DNA from: Dickeya dadantii NCPPB 898
Lineage (GTDB): Bacteria > Pseudomonadota > Gammaproteobacteria > Enterobacterales > Enterobacteriaceae
Direction: 5' to 3'
Length of the DNA stretch: 32,000 bases
Assembly: GCF_000406145.1 (NCBI RefSeq)
Contig: NZ_CM001976.1
Location: forward strand, 2,891,337-2,923,336
Positions 1-9,302 of the stretch are shown here, one piece after another (the first letter of the stretch is position 1; each line of letters begins with the position of its first letter). The notes beneath the pieces were generated by a model, which ran no database searches, had not been told where the DNA came from, and saw only the letters and a program-made list of their open reading frames with translations. The translations under genes and the position numbers were made by a program.

Positions 1-1323
1 CTGTTCCACCATCGGGTTGAGCGGCAGGCTATTGATTTTATCCAGCACCGACATCAGTTTCTGCTGGATCTGCGTCAGGCCGCCGTTAACCGTCGGCAAC
101 ACCGGGTAGCCATCCATCGACGTCAGCGACGTCACGCGGCCTTTCTGCTGCGGATAAAAATCCAGATCCACGTACAGCGCGCCGGTCAGCAGATTGGCGG
201 TCTTCATCGACGCCCGCATACCAGAGACCGCGCCCTTACTCAGTTCCTGTTCCAGATTGATCTGGTCGCGCAGCCCTTGCTTCAGCCGGCCCGGTTCGAT
301 ACGTACCAGTACCGGGATGCGGTAATCGCTGTCGAAACTCTGCGGCAGATTGTGCGGGAAGAACGGCACTTCCGCGACGGTTCCCAGCCGGATGCCGCGG
401 AATTCGACCGGCGCCCCCGCCTGCAGGCCGCGTACCGACTCATCGAAAAACAGCAGGTATTCTTTGTACTCGGTATAGAGCGAATCCTGAATGCTGTTCT
501 GATTGTCAAACAGCTGGAATTCGTCGCGCTCATGAGCCGGGTTGCCCACTTCCCAACCGGCAGGCACATCAAAGCTGACGCCGCCGCTTAGCAACGTGCT
601 GAGCGACCCCATTTCCACCCGCATCCCCTGCGCGGACAGATTCAGCGCCACGCCGCTGTCTTTCCAGAAACGAACATTCGCCGTGACCAGTTGGTCATAG
701 GGCGCGGCGACAAACAGCTGATACTGCATCTTTCTGGCCGCAGGATCAAAGTGGCTGGTTTCCACCGATCCGACCCGGTAGCCGCGGAACAGCACCGGAT
801 CGCCGGCGGTCAACTGCCCGGACTGCTCGCTGTTGAGAATAATGCGGATCCCTTTGGCGTCCGGCGACGCCAGCGGCGGCGAATCCAGCAGTTTGAAAGC
901 GCGGCTGTCTTCCTTGTTGGACCCCGGCTGAAGCTCGATGAAAGAGCCGGACAACAGCGTCCCAAGCCCGGAGACGCCTTCGCGGCCTATCTGCGGTTTC
1001 ACCACCCAGAACACCGAATCCTTGCTCAGCAGCTTATCCATGCCGTCGTTAAGACGCGCCTTGATTTCCACCTGCTGCAGGTCTTCGCTCAGCATCACGC
1101 TTTCCACCACCCCCACATTCACGCTGCGGCTCTTGATCGCCGTTTTTCCCGCCTCGATCCCCTCGGCGTTGCTGGTGGTCAGCGTGATTTCCGGCCCCTG
1201 ATGACTCACGTGATAAAACAGAATCCAGGCGCCAATCAGCACGGTCACAATCGGTACAATCCATACCGGCGACCAGCGTTTGATGCTTTCGATCTGCGCC
1301 ATGCCTTGATTAGTTTTCGTCAA
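1..1323 (-). CDS. pqiB: PqiB, MCE-domain intermembrane transport protein (paraquat-inducible protein B); C-terminal end lies beyond the window edge
   Basis: The minus-strand frame is open from position 1 to 1323. It is absent from the ORF track because there is no stop inside the window. My translation reads (M)TKTNQGMAQIESIKRWSPVWIVPIVTVLIGAWILFYHVSHQGPEITLTTSNAEGIEAGKTAIKSRSVNVGVVES...VFWVVKPQIGREGVSGLGTLLSGSFIELQPG...PVLFRGYRVGSVE...APVEFRGIRLGTV...LTGALYVDLDFYP...LPLNPMVEQ. This is colinear with E. coli PqiB as I recall it. TTG start at 1323 follows GGAGAGGAG and overlaps the pqiA stop; an alternative ATG is at 1302. Confidence 0.9.
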   Translation of the reverse strand, partial: MTKTNQGMAQIESIKRWSPVWIVPIVTVLIGAWILFYHVSHQGPEITLTTSNAEGIEAGKTAIKSRSVNVGVVESVMLSEDLQQVEIKARLNDGMDKLLSKDSVFWVVKPQIGREGVSGLGTLLSGSFIELQPGSNKEDSRAFKLLDSPPLASPDAKGIRIILNSEQSGQLTAGDPVLFRGYRVGSVETSHFDPAARKMQYQLFVAAPYDQLVTANVRFWKDSGVALNLSAQGMRVEMGSLSTLLSGGVSFDVPAGWEVGNPAHERDEFQLFDNQNSIQDSLYTEYKEYLLFFDESVRGLQAGAPVEFRGIRLGTVAEVPFFPHNLPQSFDSDYRIPVLVRIEPGRLKQGLRDQINLEQELSKGAVSGMRASMKTANLLTGALYVDLDFYPQQKGRVTSLTSMDGYPVLPTVNGGLTQIQQKLMSVLDKINSLPLNPMVEQ

Positions 1324-2578
1324 CGGAACGCTCCTCTCCTTGCACGTGATGCCGATCCCACAGCAGGCGGGGATCAAAGGTCATTGCGGCAATCATGGTC
1401 AATATGACCACGGTGGCAAACAACACCGCGCCGATGGCCGGATAAATGCTCATCAGTCGGCCCATACGCACCATCGCCGACAATACGGCGATGACAAAGA
1501 CATCGATCATCGACCAGCGGCCGACAAATTCCACGACTTCATACACCAGATGCAGCCGCTCAGTATCGTAACGACGCGAGCCGTGCGCACACCAGCACAA
1601 CCAGCCCATCGCCAGCATTTTCAGCGTCGGCACCATGATACTGGCGATGAAAATTACCAGCGCCACCGGCCACGAACCGGAATCCCATAGTAAGATCACG
1701 CCGGACATGATCGTCGAGGTGATGCTATGACCGAGCGCTTCGGTGACCATAATCGGCATCACGTTGGCGGGCACATACAGCAGCACCGACGTCAGCAACA
1801 GCGCCAGCGTCCATTGCAGGCTGTGGCGCCGTCGGGCATGGCCGTGGGTGTGACATCGCGGGCAACGGAGCTCATCGGCGGGCAGGATAGCGCTACAACA
1901 GGTGCAGGCGCGTACGCCTTGATCCAACCCGCTGCGGCCGGTTTCCAGCCCCGCCGGCATCGGCGGCGGCGGCGCGACGTCGTCCCACAGCCAGCGGCGA
2001 TCGAGGCTCTGGAACGCCAGCAGTTGCAACAGGCAAAAAACGATATAAGGGACAAAACTGGCGCCGATACCGATATCGCCATACGACATTAGCTTTACAA
2101 AACTGACCAGCACGCCCGCCAGAAAGATCTCCGCCATGCCCCAGCTTTTCAACTGGAATAGCGTCCTGGTGAACAAACGCCGCACCGCGTCAGGCAACGG
2201 CGCGCGCAGGCACAGCAGCAGAATCATCGCCATTGAGCAGGCCGGCACCAGTTGAGAAAACAGCAGAAACAGCGTCGCCATGCTGGCATAGTTTTCCGCC
2301 ACCATCACCCGCGGGATTTCCAGCAGGGTGATTTCGCTGCGAATACCGGCGACGCTCATCGAAACAAAGGGAAACAGCATGGACAGCAGCAGCATGATCA
2401 GCGCGCTAAACGCGAAGCTGGCTGGCCGCCAGCGCGGCTCACGCCGACGGCTGGACAACGCGGTTTTACAACGCGGACACACCGCCCGTTGCCCATCCTG
2501 CAATGTCGGCAGTTCTACCAGCAAGTCACAGTGCGGACACAGCATGTGCCGGTCATAGTGGTGGTGATGGACACACAT
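1310..2578 (-). CDS. pqiA: PqiA, inner-membrane paraquat-inducible protein A (two Cys-rich zinc-ribbon-like motifs, multiple TM segments)
   Basis: 422-aa ORF beginning MCVHHHHYDRHMLCPHCDLLVELP...CPRC, with a second CTCCSAILPADELRCPRC motif. It aligns along its whole length with E. coli PqiA (MCEHHH...) and is followed by an overlapping pqiB, as in the pqiABC operon. Confidence 0.93.
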   Translation of the reverse strand: MCVHHHHYDRHMLCPHCDLLVELPTLQDGQRAVCPRCKTALSSRRREPRWRPASFAFSALIMLLLSMLFPFVSMSVAGIRSEITLLEIPRVMVAENYASMATLFLLFSQLVPACSMAMILLLCLRAPLPDAVRRLFTRTLFQLKSWGMAEIFLAGVLVSFVKLMSYGDIGIGASFVPYIVFCLLQLLAFQSLDRRWLWDDVAPPPPMPAGLETGRSGLDQGVRACTCCSAILPADELRCPRCHTHGHARRRHSLQWTLALLLTSVLLYVPANVMPIMVTEALGHSITSTIMSGVILLWDSGSWPVALVIFIASIMVPTLKMLAMGWLCWCAHGSRRYDTERLHLVYEVVEFVGRWSMIDVFVIAVLSAMVRMGRLMSIYPAIGAVLFATVVILTMIAAMTFDPRLLWDRHHVQGEERSVDEN

Positions 2579-2690
2579 TCGCCGCCTCCCGTGGCCTGAC
2601 GGATAAGAAAAATCGTGACGTTATTGAGACTGGATTGATGGCGGCACCGGCAAGATGACATGCGAGATAAGTCAGCTTGCCTGCGACCAC

Positions 2691-2758
2691 CGTTTATTTG
2701 CAACTATCGTTTCGTTGCAACCACGGTTTCTTTGTAATCATCGTTTTTTACAACACGA
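2691..2758 (-). repeat. Four tandem degenerate 17-bp repeats upstream of pqiA (cgtttatttgcaactat / cgtttcgttgcaaccac / ggtttctttgtaatcat / cgttttttacaacacga)
   Basis: Read directly from the sequence with strict 17-bp phasing. A possible fifth degenerate unit lies at 2674-2690. The array is 113-180 bp upstream of the pqiA ATG, and a related array occurs at 31270-31337. Confidence 0.7.
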
Positions 2759-2964
2759 TGCCCGCGCGCCAGAGAGAAGCTCAAACATCGCCCTTCTCTG
2801 GCGTCAGGCCCGCGGCTAAACGATGCCCGCGTGACGGTTCACCCGGCTGACCTGCCACGGCACCGGCTTGTGCCGCCGCGGTGTGGTTCATCCGGCGAAG
2901 GCGTTCGCCTCAGCAGCGCGTTTACGCCAGAAAGCAACCGCTCCCCGTCAACGCCGGCGATGCC

Positions 2965-4899
2965 TTAGCCATTCTTTTGGGCTTCGAGCGTTTCCCAACG
3001 TTCGAAACAGTCTTCCAACTGCTGCTCCGCTTGCGCCAGCGCCGTCAGCACCGGCTGGGTTTCATCATGCGGCAGGGAAAAGAACGCCGGGTCGTTCATC
3101 TGCTGTTGCAGATTTTCAATCTCGTTCTCCAGCACTTCAATACGTTGCGGCAACTGTTCCAGTTCACGCTGCTGGTTATAACTGAGCTTGCCGCCGCCGC
3201 GTTTAGCTGGCTGTGCGGCCGGCGCGCTCTGCGCGTTCTCACTGTCGCGGTTTTCTTTCGCCGGTGCGCTTTTTACCGGTAAGGACGTGCGCAACGGCGC
3301 GGCGTACGCGCGCTGTTGCTGAGCATCATAATAGCCGCCGACATAGCGGCCAATCAGACCATTCCCTTCAAAAATCCAGCACTCGGTCACCGAGTTATCG
3401 ACGAACTGACGGTCATGGCTCACCAGCAGCACCGTGCCCTGATAACTTTCCAGCAACTCTTCCAGCAGTTCCAACGTTTCCACGTCCAGATCGTTGGTGG
3501 GTTCATCGAGAATCAGCAGGTTGCTGGGTTTCAGGAACAACCGGGCCAGCAGCAGGCGGTTGCGCTCCCCGCCGGACAGCGCTTTGACCGGCGTCATGGC
3601 GCGCTTCGGGTGAAACAGGAAGTCCTGCAGATAACCCAGCACATGGCGCGGACGGCCGTTAACCATCACCTCTTGCTTGCCTTCGGCGAGGTTGTCCATC
3701 ACCGTTCGTTCCGGATCCAACTCGGCGCGATGTTGATCGAAGTACGCCACTTCCAGTTTGGTGCCGCAGTGGATACGTCCGGACGTCGGCGCCAGTTGCC
3801 CCAGCATCAGTTTCAGCAGCGTGGTCTTGCCGCAGCCGTTCGGCCCAACCAGCGCGATTTTATCGCCGCGCTGCACCTGGGCGGAAAAACCGGACACCAG
3901 CGTTTTGCCGTCCACCTGATAATCAACGTCTTCCAGTTCAAATACGATCTTGCCGGAACGGGACGCCTCTTCCACCTGCATTTTGGCGTTACCCATTACT
4001 TCGCGGCGTTCGGCGCGTTCCTGACGCATCGTCTTGAGCGCCCGCACGCGGCCTTCATTACGGGTGCGACGGGCCTTGATGCCCTGACGGATCCACACCT
4101 CTTCCTGCGCCAGCTTGCGGTCGAATTCGGCATTCTGCAGTTCTTCCACCCGCAGCGCCTCTTCTTTACCCAGCAGATATTTGTCGTAATCGCCAGGCCA
4201 GGACACCATCTTGCCGCGATCCAGATCGACAATGCGGGTCGCCATATTGCGGATAAATGAACGGTCGTGGGAAATAAACACGATGCTGCCGGAAAACGTC
4301 TTGAGGAAACCTTCCAGCCAGTCGATGGTATCGATATCCAGATGGTTGGTGGGTTCATCCAGCAACAACACTCGCGGCGCGCTGACCAGCGCGCGCCCCA
4401 GCGCCGCTTTACGCAGCCAGCCGCCGGACAGCGCCGACAGCGGCGTGTCCGCCGACAATCCCAACTGTTCCAGCACCTCGTTGATGCGGTCCTCCAGCTT
4501 CCACAGCCCCTGATGGTCCAGCACTTCCTGAACCTTCGCCAGTTGGTTCAGGTTTTTCTCGCTGGGGTCTTCCCCCACCAGCCGCAACGCGACATGGTAG
4601 GCCTTCAGGTACTCGGCCTGCGCCGCCACGCCTTCGGCGACGAAATCGAACACCGTGCCGGCCACATCGCGCGGCGGGTCCTGCTGCAAGCGCGCCACAA
4701 TCAGGTCCTGCTCGTACACCAGCCGGCCGTCATCCAGCGGTATTTCCTTCGCCAGAATTTTCAGCAACGTGGATTTGCCGGCGCCGTTACGCCCAACCAG
4801 ACACACGCGCTCGTTGTCTTCAATATGCAGTTCGGTGTTGTCCAACAACGGCGCATCGCTGAACGATAGCCAGGCGCCGGATAAGCTAATCAATGACAT
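2965..4899 (-). CDS. uup: Uup, ABC-F family ATPase (two ABC cassettes plus C-terminal coiled-coil DNA-binding domain)
   Basis: 644-aa ORF beginning MSLISLSGAWLSFSDAPLLDNTELHIEDNERVCLVGRNGAGKST. It has two Walker A motifs (GRNGAGKST, GPNGCGKTT) and two LSGG signatures. It is near-colinear with E. coli Uup and sits 5 bp downstream of the rlmL stop, so it is probably co-transcribed. Confidence 0.95.
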   Translation of the reverse strand: MSLISLSGAWLSFSDAPLLDNTELHIEDNERVCLVGRNGAGKSTLLKILAKEIPLDDGRLVYEQDLIVARLQQDPPRDVAGTVFDFVAEGVAAQAEYLKAYHVALRLVGEDPSEKNLNQLAKVQEVLDHQGLWKLEDRINEVLEQLGLSADTPLSALSGGWLRKAALGRALVSAPRVLLLDEPTNHLDIDTIDWLEGFLKTFSGSIVFISHDRSFIRNMATRIVDLDRGKMVSWPGDYDKYLLGKEEALRVEELQNAEFDRKLAQEEVWIRQGIKARRTRNEGRVRALKTMRQERAERREVMGNAKMQVEEASRSGKIVFELEDVDYQVDGKTLVSGFSAQVQRGDKIALVGPNGCGKTTLLKLMLGQLAPTSGRIHCGTKLEVAYFDQHRAELDPERTVMDNLAEGKQEVMVNGRPRHVLGYLQDFLFHPKRAMTPVKALSGGERNRLLLARLFLKPSNLLILDEPTNDLDVETLELLEELLESYQGTVLLVSHDRQFVDNSVTECWIFEGNGLIGRYVGGYYDAQQQRAYAAPLRTSLPVKSAPAKENRDSENAQSAPAAQPAKRGGGKLSYNQQRELEQLPQRIEVLENEIENLQQQMNDPAFFSLPHDETQPVLTALAQAEQQLEDCFERWETLEAQKNG

Positions 4900-4904
4900 G
4901 GTAG

Positions 4905-7028
4905 TTATTTTTCCTCGCCGGCGTGTTTCAGCAGCCAGCAGTTGTGAATCTGACGGTTACGGGCGAAATCCTGCGACAGCGTCTGTGCGGTAATCTCCTT
5001 CGCCTCCAGTCCCAGCGCGGCCAGCCCGGCCTGATCCATCTGGAATCCGCGTTTGTTGTTGGAAAACATGATGATGCCGCCAGGGCGCAGTATACGTTTG
5101 AGCTGGGTCATCAGCATCAGGTGATCACGCTGCACATCGAACGACTCGTCCATCCGCTTGGAGTTGGAGAAGGTCGGCGGGTCGATAAAAATCAGGTCAA
5201 ACTGTTCGTGGGTTTCCCGCATCCACGCCAGACAATCGGCGTGAATCAGCCGGTGCTGACGACCGGTCAGGCCGTTGAGGCGCAGGTTCTTTTCCGCCCA
5301 TTCCAGATAGGTGCGCGACATATCCACCGTGGTGGTGGAGCGCGCGCCGCCCAGCCCGGCGTGCACGCTGGCGCTGCCGGTGTAGGCGAACAGGTTGAGG
5401 AAATCCTTGCCGTTGCTCATCTCGCCTAACATGCGGCGGGCGATGCGGTGATCAAGAAACAGCCCGGTGTCCAGATAGTCGGTCAGGTTGACCCACAGTT
5501 TGGCGTTGAACTCCGATACCTGCAGAAACTCGCCTTTCTCGGCCAGCTTTTCGTACTGGTTCTTGCCTTTTTGGCGTTCACGGGTCTTCAGCACCAGATG
5601 GCTGGCGGGCAGCTCCAGCACGCTCAGGGTGGCGTTGATCACATCAAACAACCGCTGGCGGGCCTTCTGGGCGTCGATGCTTTTCGGCGGCGCATACTCC
5701 TGAATCACCACCCGCTCGCCGTAACGGTCTACCGCCACGTTATATTCCGGCAGGTCGGCGTCATACAGGCGATAGCATTCGATACCCTGCTGCGCGGCCC
5801 ATTTATCCAGCTTGCGCAGGTTTTTGCGCAGACGATTGGCGAAATCCTCGGCGAACGTCGCCGCGCTCTCCGCGCCGTTTTCCTTTTCCGCCAGCTGATA
5901 ATTCTTCTGCACGCACTCCAGCGGGCCGTTCTTGGCCTTGAACTGGCGATCGGCACGCAGTTGCAGGCAACTGAGCAGTTCCGGCGAGGCGCTAAACAGC
6001 GACAGCTTCCAGCCGCCGAATTCGCTTTTCATTTTGCGTCCGAGCAGGTTATGCAACGCAATCAGCGCCGGCTCGCTCTCCAGTCGCTCGCCGTAAGGCG
6101 GGTTGCTGACCACCGTGCCCGTCGGCCCCTGCGGCAGCGGATTTTTCAGTTGAGTGGCGTCGGCGGATTCAAACCGAATCAGGGAACTGACCCCGGCGCG
6201 ACGCGCGTTGCTGCTGGCAATCTCCACCATGCGGCGGTCGACGTCGGAACCAAAGAACCGGGAAGATGTGGCTTGCAGACCGGCCCGGGCGCGTTCCTGC
6301 GCCTCGGTGGTGACGCTTTTCCACAGCGTCGGATTATGGTTCTGCCAGGCCAGAAAACCCCAGTACTGACGATGCAAACCGGGCGCGCGATCCGCCGCCA
6401 TCATCGCCGCTTCAATCAGCAGCGTGCCGGAACCGCACATCGGATCTACCATCGGCGTGCCGGCTTCCCAGCCGGATCGCAACACGATCGCCGCCGCCAG
6501 ATTCTCCTTCAGCGGCGCCTGCCCGGCCATTTCGCGGTAACCGCGCAGGTGCAGGCTCTCGCCGCTCAGGTCCAGCGCCACGCTGGCTTTCTCGCGTTGC
6601 AGAAAGACATTGATGCGGATGTCGGGCTGCTGGCGGGCGACGTCCGGACGCTGACCGGTTTTGCGGCTAAAGCTGTCCACAATGGCATCCTTGACCTTAA
6701 GCGCGCCATACTGGCTGTTGCGAATCTCGTCATTGGTGCCGGTAAAATGCACCGCAAAGGTGTGGTTGACGTCAAACACCGCGCTCCAGTCCACCGCCTG
6801 CACGCCCAGATACAGGTCCAGATCGCTGTAGACGTTAAACTCGTTGAGCGGCAGCAGAATGCGCGACGCCAGTCGGCTCCACATCAGGCTCTGGTATAGC
6901 AGCCGATCGTCTCCCTGAAAGTGCACTCCGCCCTGCACCACCGTGCACTGCTGCGCGCCCAGCGCTTCAAGTTCACTTTTTAACAATTCTTCCAGACCAC
7001 GCGCCGTGCTGGCAAACAGAGAGTTCAT
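4905..7028 (-). CDS. rlmL: RlmL (RlmKL/YcbY), bifunctional 23S rRNA m2G2445 / m7G2069 methyltransferase
   Basis: 707-aa ORF beginning [21 protein letters not shown]. It has a THUMP-like N-terminus, the SAM-methyltransferase motifs DPMCGSGT and NPPYGERL, and a C-terminal [11 protein letters not shown] motif. It matches E. coli RlmL along its length. Confidence 0.95.
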   Translation of the reverse strand: MNSLFASTARGLEELLKSELEALGAQQCTVVQGGVHFQGDDRLLYQSLMWSRLASRILLPLNEFNVYSDLDLYLGVQAVDWSAVFDVNHTFAVHFTGTNDEIRNSQYGALKVKDAIVDSFSRKTGQRPDVARQQPDIRINVFLQREKASVALDLSGESLHLRGYREMAGQAPLKENLAAAIVLRSGWEAGTPMVDPMCGSGTLLIEAAMMAADRAPGLHRQYWGFLAWQNHNPTLWKSVTTEAQERARAGLQATSSRFFGSDVDRRMVEIASSNARRAGVSSLIRFESADATQLKNPLPQGPTGTVVSNPPYGERLESEPALIALHNLLGRKMKSEFGGWKLSLFSASPELLSCLQLRADRQFKAKNGPLECVQKNYQLAEKENGAESAATFAEDFANRLRKNLRKLDKWAAQQGIECYRLYDADLPEYNVAVDRYGERVVIQEYAPPKSIDAQKARQRLFDVINATLSVLELPASHLVLKTRERQKGKNQYEKLAEKGEFLQVSEFNAKLWVNLTDYLDTGLFLDHRIARRMLGEMSNGKDFLNLFAYTGSASVHAGLGGARSTTTVDMSRTYLEWAEKNLRLNGLTGRQHRLIHADCLAWMRETHEQFDLIFIDPPTFSNSKRMDESFDVQRDHLMLMTQLKRILRPGGIIMFSNNKRGFQMDQAGLAALGLEAKEITAQTLSQDFARNRQIHNCWLLKHAGEEK

Positions 7029-7109
7029 ATCGCGACTATTACCTTAATGAAGAACGACCTAATAAAGAACGTCCCTTCAAGAAAGAAGACGCTCTGGAAA
7101 AAACGTATT

Positions 7110-7167
7110 TTAAGGAAAACCGGGAAGCCTTAAGGAAAACCGGCAGCCTTAAAGAAAATTGAGGCGC
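7110..7167. repeat. Three tandem repeats of about 20 bp (ttaaggaaaaccgggaagcc / ttaaggaaaaccggcagcc / ttaaagaaaattgaggcgc) in the rlmL-ycbX divergent intergenic region
   Basis: Read directly. The 14-bp core ttaaggaaaaccgg is exact at 7110-7123 and 7130-7143, followed by a third degenerate copy. An A/G-rich 'aagaacg' reiteration lies just upstream at 7050-7095. Confidence 0.7.
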
Positions 7168-7232
7168 ATTATAGCTAATCCCGGCGGCTTGTCATAAAGT
7201 TGCCGCTTTACGTCAGCAAGGAAATCCTCACC

Positions 7233-8336
7233 GTGATCGTGCTAAGTCGGCTTTTTGTTCACCCGGTCAAATCCATGCGCGGTATCCAGCTGTCGCAGGC
7301 GATGGTCAGCGCCAGCGGACTGGCGTTTGACCGCATGTTCATGATCACTGAACCCGATGGCACCTTCATTACCGCCCGCCAGTTTCCGCAACTGGTGCTG
7401 TTCACGCCGGCGCTGACCCACGATGGCGTGTTCCTGTCCGCGCCCGACGGCCAGACATACCTGGTGCGCGTCGACGATTTCGCCCCCGCCACCGCGCCAA
7501 CCGAAGTCTGGGGCAACCATTTTCAAGCCCGGATCGCGCCGGAAGCGCTCAACCGCTGGCTGAGCGATTACCTGCAACGCCCGGTGCAGCTGCGCTGGCA
7601 GGGTCCGGAGCCGTCGCGCCGCGTTAAACGCCGCCCGGACATCCCGCTGGGGTTTGCCGACGGCTACCCTTTCCTGCTGATCAACGACACCTCATTCGAC
7701 GATCTGCGCCGCCGTTGCAGCGCAGGCATCCGCATCGAGCAGTTTCGTCCTAACCTTACCGTCAGCGGCGCCGAAGCTTACGCCGAAGACAGCTGGCAGA
7801 CCGTGCGGGTCGGCGAGGTGGTGTTCGATGTGGCGAAGCCCTGTAGCCGCTGCGTCCTGACCACGGTGAGCGTAGAGCGCGGACGTCGCCATCCGTCCGG
7901 TGAGCCGCTGGCGACATTGCAGCGATACCGCACGGCGGAAAACGGCGATGTGGATTTCGGCATGAACCTGATCGCCCGCAACAGCGGCATCATTCGCGCC
8001 GGCGACAGCGTCGAGATTTTGTCCACCAAACCGCCGCGGCCTTATGGCGCGGGTGCTACTACTGAAAGTTTGACGCCGCAAGCCAGCGCCGTCAAAGCGG
8101 TGCAGATCGCCTATCAGGGCCAGCGTTTTACCGGCAACAATCAGCAAATCCTGCTGGAACAGCTGGAACAACAGGGGATCCGCGTTCCCTACTCCTGCCG
8201 GGCCGGGTTATGCGGTTGCTGTCGACTGACGCTGACCGCTGGCGATGTGTCGCCGTTGAAAACCAGCGCGCGGGGCGAAGACGGGACGATTCTGGCGTGC
8301 AGCTGCATTCCGGCGGGGGATATTCAACTGGCCTGA
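7233..8336 (+). CDS. ycbX: YcbX, MOSC-domain molybdoenzyme with C-terminal 2Fe-2S ferredoxin domain (N-hydroxylated base analogue detoxification)
   Basis: The ORF track starts at TTG 7200. Alignment to E. coli YcbX ([17 protein letters not shown]...) favours GTG 7233, giving (M)[16 protein letters not shown], with AAGGAA 9 nt upstream. Also present are the MOSC core FRPNLTVSG...[11 protein letters not shown] and the C-terminal ferredoxin motif CRAGLCGCC. Confidence 0.9.
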   Translation: MIVLSRLFVHPVKSMRGIQLSQAMVSASGLAFDRMFMITEPDGTFITARQFPQLVLFTPALTHDGVFLSAPDGQTYLVRVDDFAPATAPTEVWGNHFQARIAPEALNRWLSDYLQRPVQLRWQGPEPSRRVKRRPDIPLGFADGYPFLLINDTSFDDLRRRCSAGIRIEQFRPNLTVSGAEAYAEDSWQTVRVGEVVFDVAKPCSRCVLTTVSVERGRRHPSGEPLATLQRYRTAENGDVDFGMNLIARNSGIIRAGDSVEILSTKPPRPYGAGATTESLTPQASAVKAVQIAYQGQRFTGNNQQILLEQLEQQGIRVPYSCRAGLCGCCRLTLTAGDVSPLKTSARGEDGTILACSCIPAGDIQLA

Positions 8337-8355
8337 TAACCGCCTGTGACGCGGT

Positions 8356-8451
8356 GAAATAGTGGTGTGATGGAATAGTGGTGTGATGGAATAGTGGTGT
8401 GATGGAATAGCGGTATGATGGAATAGCGGTATGGTGGAATAGTGACGTAAT
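8356..8451. repeat. Six tandem copies of a 16-bp unit (GGAATAGTGGTGTGAT, degenerating toward the 3' side) between the convergent ycbX and zapC genes
   Basis: The units read gaaatagtggtgtgat, ggaatagtggtgtgat x2, ggaatagcggtatgat, ggaatagcggtatggt and ggaatagtgacgtaat. There are no spacers, so this is not a CRISPR array. A 16-bp period is not a multiple of 3, so it is not coding. Confidence 0.85.
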
Positions 8452-8478
8452 GAACTGAATATATCGCTCCGCCGGGGT

Positions 8479-9033
8479 TCAGCCGGCGAAAGCGTAATGC
8501 GGCGATGTTTCGCCGTTCTTGTCCGCAATGGGACGCAGGCGGTCATGCATGATTTTGATGGCGTCGCCCAGTTGCATGGTCTTGCCGCTAAGCGCCAGTT
8601 GCCCCTGTGCCAGCACGCACAAACTGGCTTTATCCCCGGCTTCCACCACCATGAAATTCGCCGCTTCCTGGCGCTCATTCAGTTGCACGCTAACCTGATC
8701 GCCGGTTTGCGGTGATGAATGCGCCGCACCCTGAGCCGCAAAGTGCCAACTTTTCGGCATCATCGGTTTCAGGAAACGGTTAGCCACCAGCGCGTTCAGC
8801 ACCAGCTCGGCCCGGGCTTCGGCGGGCAGCGCCAGCGCCTGACATTTCTCCTGATAGGTGAAAAACAGCGCGGCATCCTCCACACAGAACACGCTCGGCA
8901 TAAAGGCATCCGGCGTCAGCATGGCGGAAGAGAAACGGGAACGGAATACCACGCCGTTGGCCAGATCGAGCATCAGGCGCGCCTGTTCGGTATCGAAATA
9001 CCAACGCCAGCTATCGTCAGGGATTAATTTCAT
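8479..9033 (-). CDS. zapC: ZapC, FtsZ-ring-associated cell division protein
   Basis: 184-aa ORF beginning MKLIPDDSWRWYFDTEQARLMLDLANGVVFRSRF...LKPMMPKSWHF...MQLGDAIKIMHDRL. It is colinear with E. coli ZapC (YcbW) and is in the conserved position next to pyrD. Confidence 0.9.
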   Translation of the reverse strand: MKLIPDDSWRWYFDTEQARLMLDLANGVVFRSRFSSAMLTPDAFMPSVFCVEDAALFFTYQEKCQALALPAEARAELVLNALVANRFLKPMMPKSWHFAAQGAAHSSPQTGDQVSVQLNERQEAANFMVVEAGDKASLCVLAQGQLALSGKTMQLGDAIKIMHDRLRPIADKNGETSPHYAFAG

Positions 9034-9302
9034 CGCATTACCTTTATGTATGCCCTACAAATTACAACGCACCGGCTGGCGCGACCGGATGAATCACCAG
9101 CGACTAACATCAATAAGCGGCTGGATGAATAAGAGCAACCAACACGCCGTGACCTGAAAAAAGATGGCGGGTATATATCCTTAGCGTATTCGCCGGGCAA
9201 TACCGCTTTTAAAATAAGCCATCAGGCACGACTCTGACGTATTTTTACACAAACGATGAAAATATAGACCAGCGCGGCGGAGAAATAAACCCCCACGCTG
9301 GA

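Noticed and set aside
2731-2752. TyrR-box-like sequence TGTAAT-N8-TTTACA inside the pqiA array, and a partial BaeR-like ATTGGC in the ldtD array.
   Set aside because: The spacing is wrong for TyrR (N8 instead of N6). Only a fragment of the BaeR consensus is present. Both are more simply explained as parts of the 17-bp repeat units.
5448-6899. Long antisense ORFs opposite real genes: 483 aa opposite rlmL (5448-6899), 473 aa opposite pepN (16338-17759), 399 aa opposite asnS (20252-21451), 324 and 357 aa opposite ssuD and ssuC (12594-13568 and 13483-14556), 314 aa opposite uup (3316-4260), and 238 aa opposite pqiB (691-1407).
   Set aside because: Their translations are low-complexity, rich in R, Q, H, G and A, with no recognisable domains. 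They lack SD sequences. Each lies exactly opposite a gene with strong homology. Stop-free antisense frames are an expected by-product of GC-rich codon bias.
8356-8451. Possible CRISPR array or iteron set, because of the regularly repeated 16-mers.
   Set aside because: The repeats are directly abutting with no unique spacers. The unit is far shorter than CRISPR repeats. No cas or rep genes are nearby.
8208-8678. 156-aa minus-strand ORF spanning the ycbX 3' end, the 16-bp tandem repeat and the zapC 3' end. It gives a repetitive HYSTIPLFHHTAIPSHHYSITPLFHH peptide.
   Set aside because: It overlaps two well-supported genes. The repeat period of 16 bp is not a multiple of 3, so the peptide 'repeat' is a frame-rotating artefact. 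There is no SD.
9200-9240. Weak hairpin plus T-run (gcgtattcgccgggcaataccgctttt) on the plus strand in the zapC-pyrD spacer, which could suggest the 3' end of a small RNA.
   Set aside because: The stem is imperfect and short. No promoter or conserved upstream sequence can be recognised, and no known sRNA maps at this locus. The evidence is insufficient without transcript data.
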